Shown piece after piece: positions 12,101-23,700 of a stretch of DNA of 64,000 nt (within the stretch, counting starts at the first letter, position 1; each line of letters begins with the position of its first letter). Origin of the DNA: Bugula neritina (Eukaryota > Animalia > Bryozoa); assembly GCA_964035545.1 (NCBI GenBank), contig OZ037765.1:9186698-9250697 (forward strand), given 5' to 3'. The translations under genes and the position numbers were made by a program. The notes below the pieces were generated by a model. The model saw only the letters and a list, made by a program, of their open reading frames with translations. It did not search any database and was not told the origin of the DNA.

Positions 12101-15100
12101 AAAAATCCTAGTTCTACATAAGTGTTGTTGAAAATAAAAAGGTGGTGGTAAGGTGGCTTAAGGTTATAACTGGCTACAAGGGTGTGTTGGCTCTAGCACT
12201 TCATATCTACAGTAAGATAGTTCAACATTAATATTCCTGTTAATTCTTTTAACCTTTGCTCATATACATGGCTAGCTAATCAACTCATGTCTTACTTCAA
12301 AGTGTTACATATCTGCTGTCATTTATATTAATCATAATTAAATGCATCTAGTTGAAAAGTTTGTTAAGGCCTAAGCTAAATGTAGACTTGTTCTGTGAAC
12401 ATTAATATTCTCTTTTACTACTTCTGCCATGTACTGTCTTTCATCTTGACTCTAATACTTCTTTCTGTGTTGTGTAATAGATATTATCATTATTTATTTG
12501 ATATAATACCGTCTTGATTGTTTTAAGATTTTAATGAACTAGGTATGTTGTAACATTTCTTGTATGTTTGCTTGTTATTATGGTTGCTTGTGCTATCAGG
12601 TAGATTTATGGAAGTTTTAAGTTGAAATTAATTTCAGAGGTTTTTTTATTTAATCTACACTTGCTTCTTAGTAATTAGTGGCAGACATTGTGCAATCATC
12701 TTGTAGTCTAAATGCACTTGTCAAACGTAATATTATGTGGAGATTATTCAATATCACAGCCAAATGTTGAATACATTACTTAAATATATCTCAATTACCA
12801 TAATAGAATATCCTAAGTGGCTAGTTTTTAATTATTCTTAAAAGGTATTCTGGGGTGATGCAGTGTACTAATATATAAAATAAAGCAAACTTATGTGCAT
12901 TTTTACGAGTATACAGGTTAATACTCACACCAATTGCATCTTTCAAATTGTTCATTGTTTTGTGACACTTGCCGTAATACTCCATAGCCTTGAGTGTACT
13001 CTGGTGGTGAGATAAATACTAATGCAAAATAATTACATTGCGGAATTGTTAGATGTATGCTTTGTTTGCAAAAATGAAACTTACCATTATACTCCTTACA
13101 ATCAAAAACATAATTTGCAATAAGTGTAGGCATATGGGTAGTTATTTATATTTTACTGGAATTTTACTCCAATGTACTGTGTTAACACACATTGCATCAT
13201 TTAACCAATTTTTAGACTTCGTGTCATTGCAGTGATTTTGCTTTTTTGACTACTTTGAAAATTTGAATTTATAAATTGTTTTTAAAGCAAATCATTTCAG
13301 CCAACACAGTATTATATGTTCATGTCTATAGGTCTGATATCATATTATAAGGTTTGTCTCTTCAATAAATGTTACAATGAGAACTCATACTTAGAGCTCT
13401 GTTAATGTCATCACTGCTTGTAGTCGCAATCACATTACATATTTTTACTTGTTATCTGTCAATCCCAGGCAATCATTTTTCTGCTATAACTATTGAAGTA
13501 AATTGTTTTAGCAGCCGACTTGGAATATTTCTATGTAATGTTTTTTGTAGTTTTCTTTTGCCAATTTTGAAAATTACTCAAGTATTTCCACATAATGGTG
13601 CTCGTAACAAGTATTTCAATTTTAATGTTTAGCTTTTATCATATTCTTTTTTTCCATTTCAATTTATTGTAATCTGAACTTTACATAAACTGTATTACTA
13701 GTATAGTAATTGTTGGTAATATTTTTTAACCGAAATTCCTGCTAAGGTTGAATTGAGCCATTGCTTATTGATAATATTTGTTTAAAATTTGTATTTTCAG
13801 ATCAATTTTTTATCGAAAATGACGTTTTGTGACTACCAAAGCTACTCTAAAATATTACCTTATTTATAACAACTAGTTCTAATATATAATTGATGATTAT
13901 TCTGAAATAAAAATTGTTAAAATTTAATGTTCCTGCTATGTTCTGTTTATTATCAATAAATAATTTTTGTTGAAAGTGCTATTTTACTTGTTGTTCTTAA
14001 ATATATGCCACCTTTAGACATGAGTTAATAATCCGGGTTTGAGCAACCCATGTGTATGTTTCCACTTTTTGCCTCTTTATATTTATTTATTTTGCCTTGT
14101 AGCATTCTTTTAACGAGAGAGACGGAGATGAACAAAGGACATATCTAAGTTTACCTGCATCAGTGGCTCCTTACAAGTGCAGTGTGTTGCCCTTGAGTAA
14201 CAACCCCGAGTTTGCTCCATTTACTAAGCAAATTGGTGAGAGTCATATTAATATTGTCTTCTCCCAACATCGCTATGTGGGTAATATAACATGCAAGATG
14301 ATAAGCTACAAGAGAAAGCAGCGTATAGCCAGGTGGTGAGGTTGGGGTGTTTGTTTCAGTGCACTCTCATGCTTTTAGGTACTCTGCAACTATTTATTAG
14401 CTACTCATAATTTTTCTGTGATGTTGGATTTGAGCAAGATGAGTTAATGACGATGCAGAGGTAACTCTAATCCAACATCAATGAGATTTTTTAAGAAAGC
14501 CTTGGATTAGGAATTAGAGCAATAATATTTCTAGGACTTGAGTTTAAAAGTCAATTTGTCTACACAATAGAATTGCTAAACACATGATTTAAGTTATTTC
14601 ATTATCCAGTGCCAAGGTTTTCTGATCTATTTCTAATGATGAATTATTAAATTTCACAGGTATACAAGTTATTGTGTTAGAGCTCATTTGTAAAGTATTT
14701 TGTCTACATTGCGGGTTGTCAGAGGGGATCCTCATGTCATGAGTATAATTATGCGGTGGCTAATGACAGATTTATACTGGCAATACTAGGCTTTGCATTC
14801 GCTGCGGAAGCAGGTGTAACTTTTTTCAACTTCAAATCCTTCACACTGGATTCTTTTATATGTTTCATTTTGTGTTGTAAATAATTCCACATTAACTGAT
14901 AAAAGGCCAAACATCAACTTTTAATATAATAGACTGGTATTCTGCGTGTAGCTGACGGTTTGAGGAGACTGAACGTGTCCCACAAAGTAGATGAAAGTAG
15001 TGGTTCTATTGGCCGAAGATATGCAAGAACAGATCAAATAGCAATTCCATTTGCTATAACAATTGACTTTGACACGCTGGCACAGCCTCACACCGTTACA

Positions 15101-16415
15101 CTCCGGGAAAGAGATTCGCTCTCACAAGTTCGAGCTCCTGTAGGTTTACTTTAACTTATGTATGATGGAAGGTTTTTGTGCAAAAGCAAAACTGAACCAT
15201 ATTTATTCTGTAAATTCAATGTTTGGCAATTGCTTAAAAGGAAATTGTTTGCATAATTTGAAACTCTTGAAAATGTTTTAATGTCTATGAATAAGCTAAT
15301 AGGGTGGTACTCTGAGTTGAAATGACTGCTGGAAATGTAATTGCTGCTAGCAGAGCATCTATAAATAATGGCATGTGATATGAAACTGTATTGGAACCTA
15401 AAGTTGGCCCAACCTAATGTAATCATACATCTTGTGCTAATGTTTATTACATTATGTCATCACTCAGCCTAATTCTATGTCATATTATCTAGAAGCATTG
15501 GCCACAGCTTATCACTGCTGATGTCTATCTCCACCATTAAAACCATCTACTGTTTCTTCTAACATGTGAAGATGTTGGTCTCCCATAACTGTGTTTGAAC
15601 ATTGGCCGGCCTGCTTAGCGTTTTATCTTGTCTAGTGGCCAACCAAATTATTTACTAACAAACTATAATATTACTGTTCCATTTGAAAAGCTGCAGATAT
15701 GAGCAATTTAGGCTTCAGTTTCTTAATAAGAACCCTTAGATTTATGGTGTACCGCTGACAGCTACAGGTCTTGTTAGTCATAAATTTAAAAGCACTTAAA
15801 AATTAATTTTGCAATTATATCTGCTTTAGTATAATAAGCATCTGATAAAAATTCCACCTATGCACCAAACATCGTCTTAAGACACACATGAAACTATAAA
15901 CAGGTGTGCCTGCCAAGTCAGAATAGACTAATGTTTAATTGATATAAGGTGGTATTAACAGGGAATTAATCTTTCCAGGTATGACAGAAAAGCATTTTTC
16001 CATCATGGAGAATAAAAATGCATATTTCTTTTGCATTGGTGGGCCATCATATATGTTGGAATGGAAATATTAAAAATGAATTAGTCTGTGTCTGTAGTTA
16101 TTTTAAACGTTTTTATGCCCAATGGCTGCCCTAGGGAGGCATGGCAATCAGTGAGATTTGCTTGTGTCTAGCTTGGTCAACATGGAGGTGTATTCGTTCA
16201 CCAGTCAATGGCGGTGAGGAACCATTAACTTCTAAGAAGCAGTCAGTGTAAGTCACATGTACAAATCTAAATGTCTTCATTTTTTAACCTGGCTTTTGTT
16301 TTGCCAGGTGGACCAAATACCAAATGTAGTAGAATCTCTTGCCAATGGATCTCTTTTGTGGAGTGAAGTCATGGAGCGATATCCAAAATTTGAGCAACAA
16401 CAAGCTGCTAAGTAG
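2775..16415 (+). CDS. GARS1: Glycine--tRNA ligase (class II, eukaryotic alpha2 type), 16 exons; about 798 aa from ATG 2775 or about 677 aa from ATG 3138
   Basis: Exons assembled with consistent phases: 2775-3197, 4570-4671, 5104-5206, 5473-5614, 5925-6013, 6718-6791, 7083-7228, 7440-7589, 7820-7982, 8297-8461, 9567-9686, 10443-10576, 11903-12059, 14103-14235, 14952-15139, 16308-16415. Total 2397 nt, ending in TAG. Motifs: WHEP domain ([17 protein letters not shown]), [67 protein letters not shown], and the anticodon-binding [12 protein letters not shown]. Confidence 0.96.
4672..5103 (+). other. Non-canonical GC-AG intron (GARS intron 2)
   Basis: The exon ends CTG AAG followed by gcaagt. A phase-0 join to GAA CTT GAA at 5104 gives LELK|ELEFEP. 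No GT donor preserves the alignment at this position. Confidence 0.88.
6042..6099. repeat. (AT)n microsatellite in GARS intron 5
   Basis: Uninterrupted AT dinucleotide run, directly visible. Confidence 0.97.
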
Positions 16416-16687
16416 AGCATCTGGAACTAGAACCTGTTCCAGTACAAAAGGTTGAAGTTGACTCACTGCTACTCTGTAATATCTTATAGATACACAGGGT
16501 CATGGGAAAGCCAAACTCTTTTGGAGTATTTGATTTTATACTAGTCACGTACTTTTTCATATTTATAATAATTGGATGTTGTAACTATTCAAGTTTGTGT
16601 CAAGTATGAATACTCTAGTAGAATTTTATTTTGCTTGTGGAGATGGCCGTAAGTCAGGGTGGTCATTTTTTACTTAGAATATTCAAG

Positions 16688-16693
16688 AATAAA
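16688..16693 (+). terminator. Candidate GARS polyadenylation signal AATAAA
   Basis: First AATAAA I see downstream of the GARS stop, about 270 nt away. Confidence 0.5.
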
Positions 16694-16822
16694 AAGCCTT
16701 CCAACTGTTTAATAAGAACAAGCCTCTCAGATGTAATGACTCAAATAGCGCAAGGAACAATATTCATATCAGTAAAACCGACACAAGTAAAAGGCAAGAG
16801 TTGAGTTGATCAAGAATACTTT

Positions 16823-16911
16823 TTTATTATGCATGAACAACAGTAGAACATTTAATATTTTTTGTTCTAGTAGTAACATTACTAATTGATAAACAATAGT
16901 AATTATTTATT
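16823..16911 (-). terminator. Candidate ZEB polyadenylation signals (AATAAA on the minus strand at 16906-16911 and 16823-16828)
   Basis: TTTATT hexamers on the + strand, about 800-890 nt past the ZEB stop codon. Confidence 0.45.
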
Positions 16912-17715
16912 AACAACAGAAATTGGCAATATATTATGACTCATGGATGTAGAATACTAATTATGACTAAATTGCAGTGGCTGGTAGCCTAGAAATAAAC
17001 ATAAAGATTGTCAAAGCAAATCTTTGGATAAAAAAGAAGTTTGTGAATACTATTAATGACAGGTTTTTGATTGCCTTGGTTTGAAAAATGTGATCAACAG
17101 TTTTTGAAGCACCACAATAATCAGCTGTATATGCCTTCAGTTAAAATACTATAGAATCTAAATAGCTAAGTACACATATAAGTACATGAAGTTACAGGTA
17201 CAAAAAAATAAAAAGTTACAACCAGAATTTGCGAATACACTACGTAGATACATACAGATAGGTAAATGCTTTTTGGTATGACTAGAAGACCTCACTGCCT
17301 TGTGCACCAAACATACATTGAAACATAAAATGCTATTTTCTATACAAGTGTTATGGAAGACTTGATTTTGTTTATGACTACAGAGAAATCAAGAGACCAA
17401 AAAATAATCTCAGGATGGTAAACCTAAACAGTAATACAATATTTACCCTTTATAACAATATTTACATAAAGAAAAATTTGTTCGACCTTGTAAATTTCGA
17501 ATTTGCTGGAATAGCTCAGTACGCCACAATGTCCCCAACTATTGTATATATAATAATTAAGATGAAACAAAAAATATTGACAATTAGATTAAATAATACA
17601 TATACTTATTAAAAATGTAGAAAGTCCGGGAGATAGAGAATTAACTTAGATAAAATTTACACAAATAAGGCCTAATTATTATGCTTAAGATGTGAAACTC
17701 TTGTGAGCCAACACT

Positions 17716-20700
17716 CTATGATGAAGTAGCATCTACTACTATAGGCAGACTTCTATTGGCATCAAATGTTACACTTTCAACTTTGCCACATTTGTTTCTG
17801 TGATTCCGATGTTGACTATAGGACCCGGAGTGACTAAACTTCTTACCACACCGCTCACACTGAAAGGGTTTCTCTCCGGTGTGTAGTCGCCTGTGCTCGG
17901 CAAGATGGTGTTTGTGCTTGAAAGCCTTGCCACAGACGTCACATGGAAACGGTCTTTCACCTGCAAACACAAGAAAACAATATTTAAAAATATGTCTCTG
18001 GTATTGAGTGAAGTTCTATCTATCAAGCTAATAAACAACTTACGAAATTCAACTATAAGGAAATAATATGATTCCAACATCCTGCATAGATAATAGGGAT
18101 ATAATATAATAATGATGCGCATATATAGATTTGTATATACTCTAAATTTTTGACATTGTGATATTTACAGGTATAAATCTTTAATAACAACTCCATGCAA
18201 TAGTTACAGCACATACACGCTTTCTATAGACATAATTGGTCAATTGTAGTGCAATGCATATATTCATCAACACCTAACAATTATAATTTCAACCAACTCA
18301 AGTGAAGCAATATTTTTTAAATGCATGAGTCAAAGTTTTGATGTACCCATCAAAGCATGAATCAAGTACCTTATTGGTAAACATAACACTTGGACTGTTC
18401 CTTTAATATTTTAGATGTGTGTTTTAAACAACACTCTGCCATTGTTTACAGGAATTCCACACATGATTGCTCAACATTGCACTTCACGTATGCTTTACAG
18501 GTGTTTATGGCACGTATGATAGAGATAAGCATATCTTGTTGACTAGAAAGTCTCATTGTGTGTGTGTCTTTGTTTGTAAAATAAGAATTAAATAATAACA
18601 CTTGGACCTGGCCAATAGTTCACAGGTAAAATATAAACAACTATAATTTTAATCCCAAGGTAACTATTTTTGCCTACATTTTAGAAACAAGTACCACTGT
18701 ACTCACCACTATGTTCATATCTATGCCTGGCCAACGAACTTTGTTTATTAAATACTTTTTCACATTTTCCACATGGAAATTGTCCACTCTCATCAGAACT
18801 ACTGGAAATATTTGGTTTCAATTTCTTGTGTGGCGTAGGCAATGTATCCACATGTCCACTAAACACATTCCTATGGTTGAGCTAAAATTAAAAAATCAGT
18901 AATGTCTATTATTGGGCAAGCAGACTTTATCAATCACAGATACACTGCATGCATTAAGTAGATGGATTGTGTAATAACTGACATTGCAACTGCGTGTTTG
19001 CATACATCATACTTTAAACTCACATGTCACTCTAGACCAATCGTCAGCTTAGATACCTCAATACTAACAAAAACTTTAAAAATTCAGAAATAGATATGTT
19101 TAATTTAATTATTAAGCAACTTGGTATTTTCAGCCAGTTTTGAATTAGTATTCTACTATTGAATTTTTTTGTGAATAACACATTAAATTCCAGTTACTTG
19201 GTATTGTAAATGACATAATATAGAAATGCTTTATTTGGAAACTGATGTCAAGCAGTTATACTGTAGCAGGATATACACATATGAATCTAACAGATGTTCC
19301 TAAAATACCTATCATACTTAGCATCTGTACACCACAAGGTTTGTGTTAGTTGCTCAGCATTTTCCAGAAATTTTATCACCCGAACTGATGCTTTAGGTGG
19401 ATACAAAGGCATTTTGTGATGTATAGGAGTTAAGCAATGGGCAGCATATGATAAACCAATAGACAACAGAGATAAATCAAGTATTATCAGATAGATCAAC
19501 ATGTGCCTGCTTATATACTCATATATATCACTGAGGATAATATAATTATAAAGGGTTTACTTCTTTTGTTTGAGCAACAATCTGATAAACATAGGATTTT
19601 ATCAACAAAATAACAACTATTTTACCTTTTGTAAGAAAGTATCTAGATAATTTAGGCTAGAGGAGTTGTGAGCCCTCTTCATTGGCATGCTTGGTTTCTC
19701 TGTAGCTGCAGCTTTCCTGTCGATGGGCATCAAGCCTAAAGTTTAAAAGCAATATTAAATTGCAACCAATGCCAGTTAATTTATTGCTGTAACGAATTAA
19801 TACTCCTATAAATTAATTGATATATGGCGGATATTGTAATTGAAAGAATATTTCTGAGACTAAACCTATTAAATAATAACAAGACACTGTCTCCATAAAG
19901 TAGATAAAACATGTATTATGGCAAGAAAAGTTATATAATAATTGGCTGATAAAGGTTCCAGTGGCCAGCCCCAGGCCAAACGGTTACATAAGAGAAGATT
20001 GTGGTGGTGTAGACAGGTAATAAACTGTGCCTATAACATTCTGACAACTCAACAAGGAGTGCCAACTAATTATCTTATCTTTGTCTTTAGTTTATCATAA
20101 AGCAACTTGACAATTTAAACTGAGTCAGGCAAAACATCATTTAAAATGATTTGAAAATATATACCCTTTTTATGTTACACTGTAATATACTAATACTGTA
20201 AAGTACACTAAAATATTATATAGAGCAGAGATAGGTGTCACTTGAAGTATAATAACTAATAAGTATAATAATTGATATCCATGTTGTGGGTTACACTAAA
20301 CACACTCACCCTGACTATGCATGAACTCAGTAACACTAGTGGTATGTCTCGGACTGCTGCTGGATATAGACGACTCACTAACAGGAGAGCTGCCTCTAGA
20401 AGAGCTGCGAGTAGTTAGATCCAGAGGAGAATGTTGGTTGGTGGGCAGCGGCAGTGCTGGTAGTTGCGGTGGCAGTATGGCTGGTAAAGCAGGTGGGGCA
20501 TTGTTTATCAGACCACCGGGATAAAAAATTGGGTTGCTAGAGTTGAGATTTCTTGATAGCATCTACAGAGAAATGACCAGAATGGTAAACATAAACAAAC
20601 ATTCACTTTCAGTAGAATTAAAAATAATTTAAAAGAAACTTAAAAAAACTCACTAATCAAATGAGAAGTACTGTTGGATTAGCAAACACAAAATTAAAAT

Positions 20701-23700
20701 AAATTCACAATTGAAGAAAATGAAACACTAAGGTTCATTTCTGTATAATAATTCGCTAATGCGGATGAACTATGCAAACAAATTTACCTGGTAATACACG
20801 TTGAACATAAAAAATTGAGCCTGTGATGCAAAATCTGGCGCTAGTGGCATCTGATGTCTCATAGCCGCCTGCTGCTGATAAAGCTGCTTTAGGGCTATAG
20901 CCGAATGCTGCTGCGCTGCCACCTGTAGATGCTTCAGCTTTTCTTGCTGCTGAACCCATCCCTCCAAAAATTTAGGTGTTTGATTTACATTCATATCTGC
21001 TGTAACCATTCTATTCGATGAGTTTCTAATAAGAACAACAAATTTTACTTATCACTGAACAAGTACGAATAAGCTGCAGGTTGTGGCATGTTGCTTTATA
21101 TATAGCTGATCACATGACCAGGTATAGCCTATAAGCTAGATAAACAGCACAAGCATTGAGGTGGAAAGTTTGGGAGGACCTCATAATAGGATCCTCACGT
21201 TGATTGGTTTGTAAATAAAGCTGCATGTCTAGCTGAGACTCAACAACACTTACTAGAAAATGTGATTTCATAAACATTACAGACTGAATCCATTAAACCT
21301 TAGAATGGTCATGAGTTTGTGTTAATCATAGAATTCACCCCAATAACGGTTTAGCAATCAACAATATCTAAACCAAAATATTACATAGACAATTAGCATG
21401 TATTAAAGGTATACTAGGATGTAACTTGTCCAAACTTGATATGTATTTTAATATTGATAATCGGAAGCAGGTTTCTGCTCACTTTAATCATAGTATGAAT
21501 GTAATTAGCATATCATAACACAAGGTGAATATATCGTTAAGCTTATTCAACTCAAAGGTATTAAAACACTGATAGGCATTTCAATGACAAACTGAGAATA
21601 ATTTTAGTAATGACAGGATCAAAATATTACAAAAATAAACCACATTATGCGTCATAAAAATCTGAAATTCCAAAAAGAGTGTTTACATTTTTGTGTCAAA
21701 AGAAAAGCTGCAGTAATTTCCAGTTATGGTGATAAGGTAGACTTCAAAGTCAATCTTTGTTCTCACTATTTTACACGATTAAATACTTGGCTAACAAATT
21801 TTCAACACTGCATTTGTTATCATCCTGAAGAGTTTATAAATATGTTTTGACCTGGCTCTTTGGTGTCAACAGTTTATAAAGGTGAGTTCATTTCACATAT
21901 AACTGTGATAAATAAATTTTTATCAGCTGTTGGTGGGACACATCTGTAGTGATGATGGTAACACCGGTTAGATATCCACCAGCTCACAGTTCATTATACT
22001 GATTTGTTACTCTAACATCAAAACTGTTTATCAGTCAATTGATGTTTATGATAAAAAGTTTACAAAATATGTTGAGTCCATTTTCTATGAAGTCCTTTCT
22101 CGTGCAAGCTCTTGATCTGTTTTCGTAATAAAATTTTTCGGTATGAATAAAATATGTCACTTGTATATCTAAGAACTACAGAAAAACATGCAGCTTATGG
22201 CTTCAGCAACAATACTAAATAGTTTTTGTATAAGCTGAATAGCTTAGAGAAGTGCTTGAAGCACTATGTTTGGCTAAATGTGTGTACAAAATAATATGTT
22301 GACAAAAAATTTCTATAGTATTTCATTTGACACATAATCCGTGGTTAACACATTAGGTGAAACCTATTGTTGCAGTAACAATAAGCATTACATGATTTTC
22401 CTTTTCAAAGCAACCTGTAAATTATATCACACACTATGGCGTGACTTTGCAGTGTTTATTTCAACTATCATCATCAGTTGAAAGTCCCATATTATTCTTA
22501 GAGTTGTATAAAAAAATTCTATATTATACATACAAATTATATTTTATATTGTAAACTTGTACATATACAAGTCACTTTTTTCTACTTATTGTTTGTTACA
22601 CCTGCCATTTGGGTGCTCATGCATTCTTGCTAAAAAAAACTTTGAAATACAATTACACATTTATACTTTACATTTATACAGCATTCTCAAATTGCTTATT
22701 TCCAAGTACATATGTATTTTGTACCAGTTTGAAATATTTACTTTTACAAATACCATGACCAGTTTATATTATTAGGTATTGAAATTAACAATAATAACTT
22801 ATTCACAGACCATGTCAGCTTATATTGTGCTCATGTCATGGTGTGAAAGAGCAGAGCAGAACTATTTTAATCCTAACTAAATATCCACCTTGTTGTCACC
22901 ATAGATAGTGACTGGTTATTCATGCCAACATAATATCTTAGAACACGGAATGTAAACACACTCCATCTTCATTTGCGATGACAAACAGGGATGTGTGCCC
23001 TTTTGTCTAACACAAGTTCAACTGATAAATTAATACAATCACTGTTTGAAAAAAATCTGACCTCTCCTTATCACAAATAATATTTATTGATTAAGCTGGG
23101 CCCAAAAATATCAACTGCTTTGATATAAATCACAGTGATTATTAATACACACATAAATAGGCCAGTGTATTCACCACATTGTTGTTGTTTACTAGTCGTT
23201 TTACACTTCCTCACATGCTGTATGGTGGTTTCCCTTATCTTTGAATAAAGTATGTTCTCTCAGTTTGATTGTTTATCTTGAAGATAATCATTTAGATGTG
23301 TGAAGCTAGTGTTGCAAGGTGTGTAACATTATACAAATCTGTCAATAATGGGTGACCTCTTCTCCATTATACTTGCATTCAAAGCCATAACAAACAAACA
23401 TTGCTGAACCTTTGCTACATCCTGATAAAATTTTAACCTTTTATGCCCTATTATGATGAAATAAATGATTTCAACTAGATATTACATGCTAGTCCCAATC
23501 CAGTTGACAGACTAATTTTAATTACTTAGCGGTGCTCTATCTATCATTATGTGGGATTAGTCTGATGGCACTGGGGGAAAGGAGTGGATACCAACATTTT
23601 GTTTATTGTATATTTTATTCTTAAATCCAAATAGTTGGCCATACAGCATGGTGAAAGAATAAGATGCTCAGATATGTGGGGGAAAGAGCAAAGTGGTCAC

